Below, one piece after another: positions 1 through 11,577 of a stretch of 64,000 bases of DNA. This DNA comes from Octopus vulgaris (Eukaryota). The position numbers and the translations under genes are program-made. Below the pieces are notes generated by a model. That model saw nothing but the letters and a program-made list of their open reading frames with translations. It ran no database searches and had not been told where the DNA came from. The DNA lies in NCBI GenBank assembly GCA_951406725.2, contig OX597816.1, positions 150,784,001-150,848,000 of the forward strand, written 5' to 3'. The number at the start of each line of letters is the position of its first letter. The stretch's first letter is position 1.

Positions 1-1165
1 AGTTCCATTGGTTTAATACACAGCATTACTAACCTGTCATATACATATAATGCTATTATGTAAAAGTATCGTAAGTTGAAAACGTTGCTTTTTCAGCAAG
101 TTTTTCATTCCATAGCAAAACCGTTGTAGTACACTTCGACAAGTTTTGATATCTCGGCATCTGAAACAGTTGGACATACGACAGTTTAGCATAACAGCAA
201 CGACATATATCTATATTTTATATATAAACCAGAAAAAAATAAGTTCAGAACTTAATGTCACCAATACTCTTATGAAAGGATCAACGTTACAGTCCCGTCA
301 CCCACACCACTAAAAAAGAACTAATGGCTTTATGACTATATATATATACTACAAAACAAGTAACAGTTGTTAACTTCCAGGTTAAATCTTATTAGACTTA
401 CGACCAAAAGTATTTTAGCCTGAAACATCCTTTTTTATTTTTAAGCGATATCCAAGTACTCCATTTTCAATGTAACTACCCCACTTTTTAAATACTAGGC
501 TCTAAGTGGAGGGACATATGGCTGTTATTTCCAGCAGGTAGAAGAACTACATAAAGACTCTCTTCGATTCAAATAAGAATCAGACATGTACTTAGTGCGA
601 TTCAATTAGTTATAATGCTGTTAAGGATTGCAGATTCAAATATCGCTTTCGTACTTGAAGAACAATACACAAGTCAACAAGGGAGCCTGTACATGGCCAC
701 TCAATCAGCTACATATATCTGAGATTGCAGTCTTTAAAAAGAAGGAATACATTAAATGATGTAATCCTTGATACACTATGTCGGGGTGGGGTGGGGTGGA
801 ACGGATGGTCACGATTGGAATGTCTTTAATTATGAAGTCTGCTTGATCAGGGCCAACTTCGAGCAAAACGAAATGTGTATACATAAATGTTAGAAAGAGC
901 ACAAACATCAAAAGATAGTAAAAAGGCAAGCAATAAGCAACTAAACGTTTAACAAAAGTCTTCTTTTAGGGTGTGTGTGTGTGTGTGCTTCATTTTGAAA
1001 GAATATGTATTTTCATCATATAAATAGTTGTATATATTAACTGTTTCGTTCGGATATGTTTGGATACATAGATTGTGATTAAAGGATATAGTAAAAACAA
1101 ATCATGAATTAAAGTTTAAATACTTACAATAAAATAATACAAAACAATAGCAAAAAGTTAACTGA

Positions 1166-1313
1166 TATATTTAAACATTATGGAGCAATTAACTTTGTTA
1201 TATGTATTTGATGTTACAGTTGTCTAATTAGAGATGCAGTATATTTAAACATTATGGAGCAATTAACTTTGTTATATGTATTTGATGTTACAGTTGTCTA
1301 ATTAGAGATGCAG
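1166..1313. repeat. Perfect 74-bp direct tandem duplication
   Basis: TATATTTAAACATTATGGAGC...AATTAGAGATGCAG occurs at 1166-1239 and again, identical, at 1240-1313. Confidence 0.9.
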
Positions 1314-1469
1314 AAATAAAACACACCTTTTTGATAAAATCCAGTTATTGTATAAATTTAAGCAACTGACAATTAGAGTGAAAAAATAAAACTGGTAAAA
1401 AGCGAGACATCCGAATTCAATTAAAAAACTGAAATGTATTTATATAGAAGTATAAACTTGTCTTTTTTA

Positions 1470-1560
1470 AAAGACCGCTTTACCAGCAAAGGCGCCGCCT
1501 ATTGGTAGGAAAAGGAAGCAAGTGGCGTTATGTCCTTAGCAACGGTCGTTTTAGTGTAAG
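1470..1560. promoter_or_regulatory. Promoter-like CpG-containing patch (CCAAT box, RFX-like half site)
   Basis: GC/CpG-richer than its flanks: GGCGCCGCC, ATTGG (reverse CCAAT), CCTTAGCAAC (X-box-like). CRE-like TACGTCAC/TGACGTC motifs occur near 1960-1986. Motif evidence only. Confidence 0.3.
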
Positions 1561-2384
1561 TTTATCATTTCAACATGCTTATTGGTTTCTGGTGTAACAA
1601 AATGGCTTAAAACTTATAAGTGAAGGTGGATTAAAGTGACTGTGATGTTTATGCCTTTCCCACACTTTTTGTCGGAGGATATATATAATAATTCTTTTTT
1701 CATTCATGATGTTTTGAATGAATATTTAACAGAACCTGTACTTGATATATGATTTGTTTACAAGGTCGCAGAACTTTATATTTTTGAGAAAAGGCCGTAA
1801 TAGTTAAACTTTTTTTCCAACGGCAAAGTGACTAAGTTACTTTTATTTTTTAATTAAACTTCGCTTGGTATCAATCAATAATATATATATAAATTCTTTA
1901 TGTGCCAAAGAAGCAGTATTAGTTTAAAATAGCAACTTGTGCATCATACATAATGATGATACGTCACGGAAAGTCAAATGACGTCGTTTTGTTCCCACTG
2001 TGGTTATATCAAGCCTTCCTTTAAACATCAAATTTAATATCCAGTGTAACATAAAGTGTAATTCTGTCCCTTTTCGCACTATTACCTTCAGTTCTATTTG
2101 ATGGCTTTTTCCCCCAGACACCTTGAATAATAAATGCAACAGCAACAATGATCAACAAATACGTAATCAAAAAACACATAGCACCAAGAAGAAACTGTTT
2201 TGTGAGAGCAGAAATTTTTAATAATATTCCTATAGATGTATGAATGGAAATAAGAAGATAAAAAGGCAAAGATATGCGGTGGGAGAAAATACCGTATGAA
2301 TACAGTTAGTTGAAAGCTTATCAAATTAATGGGTACTTCACCCCCTGCACTGCTGACTTGAGCAATAAAAACTCCGCACTCTAC

Positions 2385-2389
2385 ATACA

Positions 2390-2484
<95 letters not shown>
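2385..2484. repeat. Compound (CA)n(CT)n(CA)n microsatellite
   Basis: Directly visible; explains the CVCV/RERE/HTHT ORFs. Confidence 0.95.
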
Positions 2485-2802
2485 AAGCACATTGGCAGTT
2501 TTGTTGACATACATCATATGTAGCAACAGGCATTACTACAATGCTGAAACTATTATTATTGTTGCTAGCTAGTTATTCAAAAGTTGGTGACTTGTTAGTG
2601 GTGTTGATGGTGATGGTGATGATGGGAGCATTGTTGGTGGTGTCGATAGTTAAATTGTTCTGGCTAAATGTATTATTGTTGCTGTTTAGTTTCAAGTGAA
2701 TTCACATCGACCTAATTGAACATCTAAAATACACTAGAGTACCACGCTATCTCATGTGATTGTTTTTCCCTTTTAGTGGTTTTTTTTTGGGGGGGGGGGT
2801 GA

Positions 2803-2980
2803 CACGTAAAAAACACCCACTACACTCACGGAGTGGTTGTCGTTAGGAAGGGTATCTAGCTGTAGAAACACTGCCAAATCAGACTGGAGCCTGGTGCAGC
2901 CTCCACAGCTTACCAGACCCCCGTCGAACCATCCAACCCATGCTAGCATGGAAAATGGACGTTAAATGATGATGATGATG
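2803..2980 (+). mobile_element. 5'-truncated RTE LINE 3' tail
   Basis: CACTACACTCACGGAGTGGTT...GCATGGAAAATGGACGTTAAA(TGA)n, matching the tail of the RTE copy at 3180-4430. Confidence 0.8.
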
Positions 2981-3179
2981 TTAAAATGTTGCTGGGTAGA
3001 TTGGCTTTAATGCTAATGCTAGTTGTGGTGGGCATGGAGGACACACACACACACACATATATGCCAACATACCTTTAAGAGGGTTTTATATCCTTGTTTT
3101 AATTCAATTAAATTTATATACATATGGGAGTAGCTGTGTTGTAGGTGCAGGAGTGGATGTGTGGTAAATAGCTGGTAAG

Positions 3180-4430
3180 AAAAAGGTGTAGGTAGAAACT
3201 CCATAAGTTTCCACTGTCAGCTATGGACACATAAGAGGTGCAGCAACATCAAAAGAAAATTAACTGAGGAGATAGCTTTCCTGTACGGCAGATGCACAGG
3301 GGCAATAGACACCACAGATACTCAGAGAACAGTTTCCATCACACTCCAGGGGGAAAAACTAGAAGTAGTTGATAGTTTCCGCTATCTAGGTGACCAAGTT
3401 AGTAGTGAGGGTGGATGCTCAGAGAGTGTTACCACTAGAATAAGAATAGCCTGGGCAAAGTTTAAAAAGCTTCTACCCCTACTGGTGACAAAGGGCTCCT
3501 TGCTCAGAGTGAAAGGTTATTGTACGACGCATGTGTGCGAACAGCCATGCTTCACAGCAGTGAAACATGGGCTGTAACTGCAGAGGACATGCGTAGGCTC
3601 AAAAGAAATGAAGCTAGCATGATCCGCTAGATGTGTAATGTCAGTGTGCATACACAACAGAGTGTAAGCGCCCTGAGAGAAATGTTGGATATAAGAAGCA
3701 TTGGATGTGGCGTGCAAGAGAGACGTTTGCGTTGGTATGGTCATGTACTACGGATGGATGAGGGGAGATATGTGAAAAAGTGCCACTCCCAAACAGTTGA
3801 AGGAATCCGGGGTAGAGGTAGACCCAGGAAGACATGGGATGAGGTGGTCAAGCATGACCTTCGAATGCTGGGCCTCAGAGAGGCAATGACGAAAGACCGA
3901 GACCTCTGGAGATGTGCTGTGACTGCAAAGACCCTACAAATAAAGTGAGTTTATGGCTGTATCCTACACCAGCTTCACACAACCAGCCCCAACCCATTCA
4001 AAGTACCTTGGATTGCAGGAGGGCCTGCGGTGGGGCGACATGCTGTGCTTGAGGAGACCTATTGAGTCAAGTACATCAACATCAAAATAAAAATTAAATG
4101 GAATTGTAGTTGTGATACCTGTGCTGGTGGCACGTAACAAGCATCATCCGAACGTGGCCGATGCCAGTGCCACCTTGACTGGCTTCCGTACCGGTGGCAC
4201 GTAAAAAGCACCAACCGATCGTGGCCATTGCCAGCCTCCTCTGGCCCCTGTGCCGGTGACACGTAAAAAGCACCCACTACACTCACGGAGTGGTTGGTGT
4301 TAGGAAGGTCATCCAGCTGTAGAAACACTGCCAGATCAGACTGGAGCCTGGTGCAACCTCCTGGCTTCCCAGACCCCGGTCGAAACATTCAACCTATGTT
4401 AGCAAGGAAAATGGACGTTAAATGATGATG
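3180..4430 (+). mobile_element. RTE-clade LINE fragment (RT C-terminal region, 3' UTR with ~60-bp repeats, (TGA)n tail)
   Basis: LEVVDSFRYLGD, RRLRWYGHVLRMD and RGRGRPRKTW motifs (ORF 3631-3948); GGTGGCACGTAAAAAGCACC repeats; ends GACGTTAAATGATGATG inside a (TA)n run. Confidence 0.9.
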
Positions 4431-4819
4431 ATATATATATATATACGAGCAAAACACCCCCTGTCCATTGGATGGTGCTGAGTTGTCAAACATTAAAACC
4501 AAATTTTCTCAAAACAACTTGTCCGACCCTCCCTTTGAGAAACACTGATTTAACCTAAATTTGAGACATCAGCAAAAGAAGAAATAAAGACAGATTTTTT
4601 GCTATTTCTAAGAAAAACGATTTTATTCACACAAATATGCAACTGAAGAGTTTAAAGTACCGCTAATGATAAGGCTGTTGACTGGGAGAACACAAACATG
4701 GTTTAAACAGTAAGCTTGGCAGGAAAGAAACATGCCTTTAAGCAGTACAAAAACAACAAAAAATGGAAGGTGCAGTTATGTACAGGTTGACAGAAGAAAA
4801 GCAGGACAAAAATGGTTTA

Positions 4820-4975
4820 TCAATCACATTCTCACCTGGAATCGATTTTTGTAATTTTTTCAAGACTTATACATGCCTTGATACCGTTGGTATCTACATA
4901 TCAAATTTGAGCACAATCGGATGGAGGATGCCCGAGATCCAAGAAGACAGACAGACAGAATAGATTTTATATTAT
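4820..4975 (-). mobile_element. Possible non-autonomous Helitron-like 5' fragment with (CTGT)n
   Basis: The minus strand reads TATAAAATCTATTCTGTCTGTCTGTC...CCGATTGTGCTCAAATTTGATATG, an architecture resembling (CTGT)n-bearing rolling-circle elements. No 3' end seen. Confidence 0.3.
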
Positions 4976-4990
4976 ATATATATATATATA

Positions 4991-5205
4991 CTTTATTTAA
5001 AGCAGCAGAAAACTCAACAAAATCTGTTACTCTGAGTTTCTCATTGCCGTTCATCAGACAGTTTTTGCTAGCAAAAACTGTCTGATGAACTCAGAGTAAC
5101 AGATTTTGTTGAATTTTCTGCTGCTTTAAATAAAGCATATTACTCTACCACTGGTATTTGAGTACTCTTTTTTCCACCTTGTTTCACATTTATGTGTTTA
5201 CTCCA

Positions 5206-5206
<1 letters not shown>
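4991..5206. mobile_element. Penelope-like inverted pseudo-LTR remnant forming a 145-bp near-perfect palindrome
   Basis: 4991-5135 is self-complementary around TTGCT|AGCAA, with a 13-nt bulge in the left arm and one mismatch. The left arm carries a hammerhead core on the minus strand. Confidence 0.7.
5024..5061 (-). ncRNA. Minimal type I hammerhead ribozyme motif (degenerate stem II)
   Basis: Minus strand: cugu-CUGAUGA-acgGCAAuga-GAAA-CUCaGAG-UA-acag. Stem I cugu/acag, near-palindromic stem III, GUA cleavage triplet. Confidence 0.65.
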
Positions 5207-5273
<67 letters not shown>

Positions 5274-5448
5274 TCCTCTGTCCTCCCGTCTCGGGATCTT
5301 TCTTTCTCCTATGTTTCCGACGAAGAGCTCCGCTCGAAATGTCATACCCTCCTTCTTCCATTTTCCTGAGCGCCTAATAATAATAATACTGTAATTGTTC
5401 CACGTGTTGTTGTTTTTTTCTGTTTACCCGTTTGGATTAACCTTATAC

Positions 5449-5495
<47 letters not shown>

Positions 5496-5690
5496 TATAT
5501 ATAAATATATATATATACATATATACATATATATATATACATATATACACACGCATATATATACATATTTAAATACAAAATATATATACATATATATAAA
5601 TATATACATATATATGAATACATATATATACATACATATATATATACATATATATATATATATAAATATACATGTGTGTGTGTGTGTGTA
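5207..5690. repeat. (TA)n and degenerate (TA/CA)n microsatellites flanking a second Penelope-like terminal remnant (5270-5440)
   Basis: Directly visible. 5313-5345 reads gttt-CCGACGA-a-gagc-tcc-gctc-GAAATGTCA, a degenerate hammerhead-like core. Confidence 0.8.
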
Positions 5691-6367
5691 ACGCTTGTTG
5701 TTCAGGAATTGGTTGCTAGTGTGCAAGATGGAAAAAGAACAGTGATTGAAGTTGTAAAGAAATATTTATTTGCTCTTACTTTAATATATACCATACCATG
5801 ATAGGTAGGTTAATGTAATAGTGTAACACAGTTTGTAAAGCATGTGAGGTAAAGAAAGTTAAATTAGGCCTGTATATGTGTGTACACGATATCATAGTAG
5901 TATATATAGAGAGAGAGATGGTAATGGTACAGAGAAAAGGAAGTGAGTTTGTGAAAGTGAGAATGGTGGGATGAAACAACTGCTTCATTGTCCTTTTGTG
6001 CCCTTTCCTTCAGAGACATCGTTTTGTTCAGCTGGTCAGCCAGACTTAATTCTCACTAAATGATTTTGGCTTATGGAGTTCTTGTTTTTATAACTATCCA
6101 AAACCAGCCAGAAAGATAGTCATATTGTTGAGAACATAGATTTTGTTGGTGGTACCTGTCATTCCAATTCTATTTTTTGGTGGCCTAGAAGTGTCAAGTG
6201 GCAAAGATATTGTTCTGCTTAGTGAAGGCATATGGCAAATGTAACTGCTGTCACTCACAGAAAAACTATTGTTTTACTGGGAAAAAAGTGAAATTGAACT
6301 GTTAAGCGAAATCTGGCGACCGAGGATCGAATCCACACTATGCCTGCATGAAACCACTACATATATA

Positions 6368-8010
6368 TCATCGTCATCATCATCGTTTAACATCCACTTT
6401 CCATGCTAGCATGGGTTGGACGATTTGCCTGAGGACTGGCAAACCAGATGGCTGCACCAGAATCCAATCCGATCTGGCAGAAATGCCCTTCCTAACATCA
6501 ACCACTTCAAGAGTGTAGTAGGTGCTTTTACGTGCCACTGGCATGAAGGCCAGTCAGGTGGTACTGGCAATGGCCACACCCAAATGGTGCTTTTTATGTG
6601 CCACCTGCACAGGAGCCAGTCCAGTGGCACTGGCAACGACCTCGCTCAAATGTTTTTTCACATGCCACCAGCACAAGTGCCAGTAAGGCGATGCAGGTAA
6701 TGATCATGCTCGAATGGTGCTTTTTACATGCCACTGGCATGGAAGCCAGTTTGTTGCTCAGGCAACGATCATGCTTGGATGGTACTCTTTATGTTCTACT
6801 AGCATAGATGCCAGTCATCGAACTTGATTTCGATTTCGATTTCACTTGCCTCAACAGAGTTTAGTGCCCAATGAATGAAAGGTATGCATAGGTGGTCTGG
6901 CTACACCCCTGGCATAGGCCACGAGGTTATGGTCTCACTTAGCTTGCCGAGTCTTCTCAAGCACAGCACATTTCCAATGGTCCCGGTCACTAGTCATTGC
7001 CTCGGTGAGGCCCAATGTTTGAAGGTCATGCTTCACCACCTCATCCTAGGTCTTCCTGGGTTTATCTCTTCCACAGGTTCCCACAACTGCTAGGGTGTGA
7101 TACTTTTTCACACAGCTATTCACATCCATTCTTGCCACATGACCATACCAGCACAAACGTCTCTCTTGCACACCACATCTGATGCTTCTTAGGTCCAACT
7201 TTTCTCTCAAGGTACTTACACACTGTTGAGTATGCACACTGACATTAAACATCCATCAGAGCGTACTGGCTTCATTCCTTGTGAGCTTATGCATGTCCTC
7301 AGCAGTCACAGCCAATGTTTCACTGCCATGTAGCATTGCTGTTCACACACATACGTCAGACAGTCTACCTTTTACTCTGAGCGAGAGGTCCTTTGTCAAC
7401 AGCTGAGGTAGGAGCTCTCTGAACTTTGCCCAGGCTATTCTTATTCTAGCAGCTGCACTTTCAGTGCACCCTCTTCCGCTACTGACTTGGTCATCTAGGT
7501 AATGGAAGCTATCAACTACTTCTAGTTTTTTTCCTTGGAATGTGGTGGAAGTTGTTCTCTGCACATTGTCAGTGTTTATTGCTCCTGAGTATTTGCCACA
7601 TACAAAAACTATCTTCCCAGTTAGCCTTCCTTTGATGTTGCTGCACCTCTTATGTGTCCATAGCTTACACTGGGTACATCTTATAGAGTTTCTACCTATC
7701 AAGTTTCTACAGATCTTGCAGGGCCAACTACCTGAAGGGATTTATGGTTTGTCTGTCTTCCTACTTATCAGGACTTTGGTTTTAGCTAGGTTGACTCTCA
7801 GGCCCCTCGATTCTAATCCTTGTTTCCACACTTGAAAATTCTCCTCTAGTTCTGATAGTGACTCAGCAATTAGAGCAAGGTCATCAGCATAGAGGAGCTC
7901 CAAGGAGCATCCTGTCTTGAATTCCTCTGTTATTTCCTGGAGGACTATGATAAATAGGAGGGGGTCTGAGGACTGAACCTTGGTGGACCCCTACCTCTAC
8001 CCGGAGTTCT
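6368..8010 (-). mobile_element. RTE-clade LINE, 5'-truncated and decayed
   Basis: Minus strand: VGVHQGSVL, LLYADDL (~7880-7895), RVNLAKTK, Cys/His finger, LEVVDSFHYL, RRLCWYGHVARMD, repeat-rich 3' UTR and (TGA)n tail; both ends abut (TA)n. Confidence 0.92.
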
Positions 8011-8084
8011 TTGTATGTATATATATATATATATATATATATGCATGTATGTATGTATGTATACACACACACATATATATATAT

Positions 8085-8635
8085 ATAATATTATATTAGA
8101 GGGAAATTCAAAACTAAGGCAGAATGAGTATCTCAAGTAATTTAGAATCATTTAATGACAGTAAGGTGAATTTGAAGTCTTACAGCCGTTTCTGAGATAA
8201 CCCAAGTGGTAGGTTAGCATGTCCATGCACTGGGTATTCTGTCATCAGAGACAAGGTATAAATATTTTAGATATGGATAAATTTACAGTTTAAAAGGAAT
8301 AAAATTCTTAGTTTATGAGGATTAGAATAAAGGAGTAAAATAGAAGAATAAAGAGTAAAGGTAATTAGAAAAATATATGCAGAAGAATAATGTTCACAAT
8401 TCCTCTTTTTCCAGAGGATATGGATGTTGGTCAGTAATCCCAGGTAAATCCACCGACAGGGGACCGCACTAACGATTTGGAATTCTTGCCAAAATACTGC
8501 CTGGATTTACCTCAGATTTGAACTAAAACCCTGCACCTTCATGGAAATACCGACCAACATCTATATCCTCTGGAAAAAGATGAGTTGTGAACATTATTCT
8601 CCTGTCTATATTCTACTAATTACTTTTACTCTTTA
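8085..8635. mobile_element. Penelope-like element end with inverted pseudo-LTR arms
   Basis: 8349-8436 is an inverted copy of 8548-8635. Between them is a remnant reading ...KTLHLHGN, resembling the LKTLxPxGLN end of PLE GIY-YIG ORFs. Hammerhead motif at 8177-8252. Confidence 0.65.
8177..8252 (-). ncRNA. Type I hammerhead ribozyme motif with extended stem II
   Basis: Minus strand: gucu-CUGAUGA-[long imperfect hairpin cccagug...cacuuggg]-GAAAC-ggcu-GUA-agac; stem I gucu/agac. Confidence 0.6.
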
Positions 8636-8639
8636 AAAA

Positions 8640-9135
8640 TTTCGAAAACGTGGTTTTTTGCATATTCGGAATCTCCGTCATCGAAAACAAGAATCCGGTG
8701 GAGTAAAAAAATCGGAAAGGTCGGTTTCGGGTGGTGGGACCGCCAGGTCCGCCAATAAGGTAAATCTACGGTGTCTCTAAAACGACAAGAGCCACAGTTA
8801 AAATATCTTTTATGATAGGTCTAGTCGATTAGAGTTAGAGCTAGTGTTGAGATGATGGACTCAACCGATTCTCCGGTAAGAGAATCAAAATGGGATAACC
8901 GGTCGTTTACTTCATACATTTTTAATATATATTATTTGCATTCATATTTAACAGACATGTAAACAATTTTCGTTCAATATTGTATTCGCCCGAAAAATCG
9001 AATTATCCTTCCTGGTTAATAACAGCATTCAGAGTTATCGCACTTGATATATATAATTCGCTTACACGCATCGTGCAACGCAATAGAACTTCGGTTAATT
9101 GCAGTTCGGGATTGATCTTTTCATTCAAGGTGATC
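8640..9135 (+). promoter_or_regulatory. Putative ECHS1 promoter / 5' UTR (CpG-retaining, CCAAT box near 8752)
   Basis: Local CpG enrichment directly upstream of the ECHS1 ATG; GCCAAT motif. Confidence 0.45.
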
Positions 9136-9250
9136 ATGGCTTTGCGGGGACTTAATGCGATCCGGCATATAATTAGGAATAACAATAGATATAATGGCTC
9201 ATTACTTCTGCAAAACACAGTTCTTCCCCTATCACGATTTTTCTCATCAG
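9136..9250 (+). CDS. ECHS1: ECHS1 coding exon 1 (mitochondrial targeting peptide)
   Basis: MALRGLNAIRHIIRNNNRYNGSLLLQNTVLPLSRFFSS is Arg-rich with no acidic residues. It ends CAG|GTAAAT in phase 1, matching exon 2 (G+GT = Gly). Confidence 0.85.
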
Positions 9251-9368
9251 GTAAATTACGAACTAAAATATTCCTTATGTTTTTGTAGTTCAAAGGTCAC
9301 TTTAACTTGCTTCGTATTTTCCGAATATTCCAACTATAAAACTATATATATATATAGGTACATAGATG

Positions 9369-9427
<59 letters not shown>

Positions 9428-9467
9428 GTAACATGTTTTATAATCTGTATTAACCGTATTCAATAAT

Positions 9468-9479
9468 TGAAAGCCCGTC

Positions 9480-9513
<34 letters not shown>

Positions 9514-9650
9514 GGTTAAGTAATTGAGATTCTAGTGAATTCTAAAGAATTCACATGAATATGGTTCTTAACTAGGATGCACCGGATATCTATATGGTGT
9601 TAACCATACGACAGTACCGTGATTTTAATCCATTCTTGTTGCTTTTTTCC

Positions 9651-9690
<40 letters not shown>

Positions 9691-9888
9691 CTTGTCCCCC
9701 ACCCTCACCCCAACATCGTTTGACAACCGATGCTGGTGTGTTTACGTCCCCGTAACTTAGCGGTTCTGCAAAAGAGACCGATAAAATAAGTACTAGGCTT
9801 ACAAAAAATAAGTCCTGGGGTCGATTTGCACGACTAAAGGCGGTACTCCAGCATGACCGCAATCATGACTGAAACAAGTAAAAGAGTA
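9468..9888 (+). mobile_element. SINE 3' portion interrupted by (TA)n/(TG)n microsatellites
   Basis: GAAAGCCCGTCG(TA)n ... TGACAACCGATGCTGGTGTGTTTACGTCCCCGTAACTTAGCGGTT...GACTGAAACAAGTAAAAGAG; homologous to 20255-20640. Confidence 0.75.
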
Positions 9889-11156
9889 TGGTGGAAAATT
9901 GATTTGCTACCATGTCTTATAATAAAATAATGAGAAAGTCATAAAAATTTAAGAATTTCTATTAAAAATACCTCAGTTCTGTGTTATGTATATTCATGAC
10001 CCAATTTGCCTAACTCTATGAAATTTGCCTACCTTTAGAGACAAACAAGTGTGATAATTGGCAAAAGCCGTAGAACGACGATGCCTTGTAGTATTCAGTT
10101 ATATTTCTAGTTCGAATCTCGGTAAGGTCAATAAAAGAAGCATCAGTCGAGGAGTGGGTTTAATCGACTGTTTCCTCCCACTTATGTGGACTTGTGTCTA
10201 TGTTAGAAATCGTTAATGCCTCGTAACCCATTGGACTGAGTGCTGTTCAATCACCATCTTATAGAGTACTCAATGGAAAATACTTTAGAATCGTTTTCAG
10301 TTGCTGCCCCAAAATGCAGGAGTAAGTTTGAACTCAGAACTGTAAAGTAACTATCACTCGTCAGTTCTTCAAATTTCCTGCTACACTCACCTTCAGTTTG
10401 CTGTCTTTGCTTTCCCATTTTACTGATTTCTGTTTCTATTACTAGACTGCGAACATGCAAGGATACCGCTTTCAAAGTTATTTTTCTTTTGTCGATTATC
10501 TGGTACCTATTTCTAACGAAGTGAACCAAGCTATTGAAAATTAATTGTTGCCGAATACACGTTTCCCTATGAAGGGCACTCTGTTAAGCAGGTTCAGTGA
10601 TATTGGGACAAAAGAAAAAAGAAAATAAATCAGTTTTTTCACGTCTTATGCAATCTTGTCCGAGGATTCTTTTGTTTTGTTTTTTATATACTTCATTTTT
10701 ATCTAGTTTTCACGTGTAAACATGTACCGGCACTTTCGAATAACGAAGGGAATTAATTTGTTATTACGAATTAAACATAAAGAACTCCAAGTACATCAAA
10801 TTAATTTTAAGAATGGTGATGTCTTCTATGTTCTTTGCAGTACTTACAAATGTACTTCGGAACGTTTAACTTAATCAACATGTTGGAAATTTCTATTATG
10901 AGAATTTTTCTTTTCACCAGTACATCGTCGTTGTCGTGCGACCTACACATATATGGCAACTTAGAGTATAAAACATAGGATCTGAGAAACTTATGACAGT
11001 GAAGAGTTAACAGGGCAGCCTTGACAGAGCAGACCCTATGATAAAAGGTGTTTCAGTTGTGATATCGTGTCTTTTTGTGTAACAGGTGTTAAGAAATTTC
11101 AATACAGGTGCAACTCACACAATTATCCCGGAAAATTCACAAGATCCGATTTTTCC

Positions 11157-11577
11157 GTCATAAATTCGGGTAAAATAGATATATATATTGATTTTTTTTT
11201 TTGGTTATGGAGGATTCGATTTTGAAAAAAAAGTTTTTCAAAATTTCATTATGTTATCGCTGTTTTGTGAAATTTGGCTGTTATTTCTAGCATGTGGATA
11301 GCCTGCTTGAAGGCTTGAGGGTATTTTATTTTTTCTTGTTGAAAAAGTCAAATTTTACAAATTTTTTTCAGAATCGTAATTTTCGTATTTTTCTACGTAT
11401 TTCGCAAAAAAAAAAAAAAAAATTCCGGAAAAAGTGAAAAGTGAAGGGCGGTGTAGGGCGTAGGGAGAATTGAAATTTTGAAAATTTTTTTTTCAGAATC
11501 GGATCCTCCATAACCAAAAACGTGGGATTCCGAAAAAAATAAAATCAATATATATCCATTTTACCCGAAGTTATGAC
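11157..11577. mobile_element. Fold-back / MITE-like element with ~90-100 bp inverted arms
   Basis: GTCATAAATTCGGGTAAAATAGATATAT...TTGGTTATGGAGGATTCGATTTTGAAAAA (11157-11248) is reverse-complementary to 11471-11577. Confidence 0.75.

Noticed and set aside
2094-2526. ORFs with CVCV/RERE/HTHT runs
   Set aside because: Translations of a (CA)/(CT) microsatellite.
4110-4280. Regularly spaced GGTGGCACGTAAAAAGCACC repeats as a CRISPR-like array
   Set aside because: The spacers are similar to each other, the context is eukaryotic and the array is the 3' UTR of the RTE LINE in several copies.
5140-5726. YIYI-rich ORFs
   Set aside because: Translations of (TA)n arrays.
8852-8955. ATGATGGAC...CCG|GTAAGA as an alternative ECHS1 coding first exon
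   Set aside because: Phase 0 does not fit exon 2 (needs phase 1), and splicing to the 8955 acceptor gives only a short closed ORF. At most a 5' UTR intron, which is unsupported.
8980-9135. N-terminal extension of ECHS1 suggested by the 102-aa ORF
   Set aside because: It starts at TTG. The first in-frame ATG (9136) begins a typical mitochondrial presequence.
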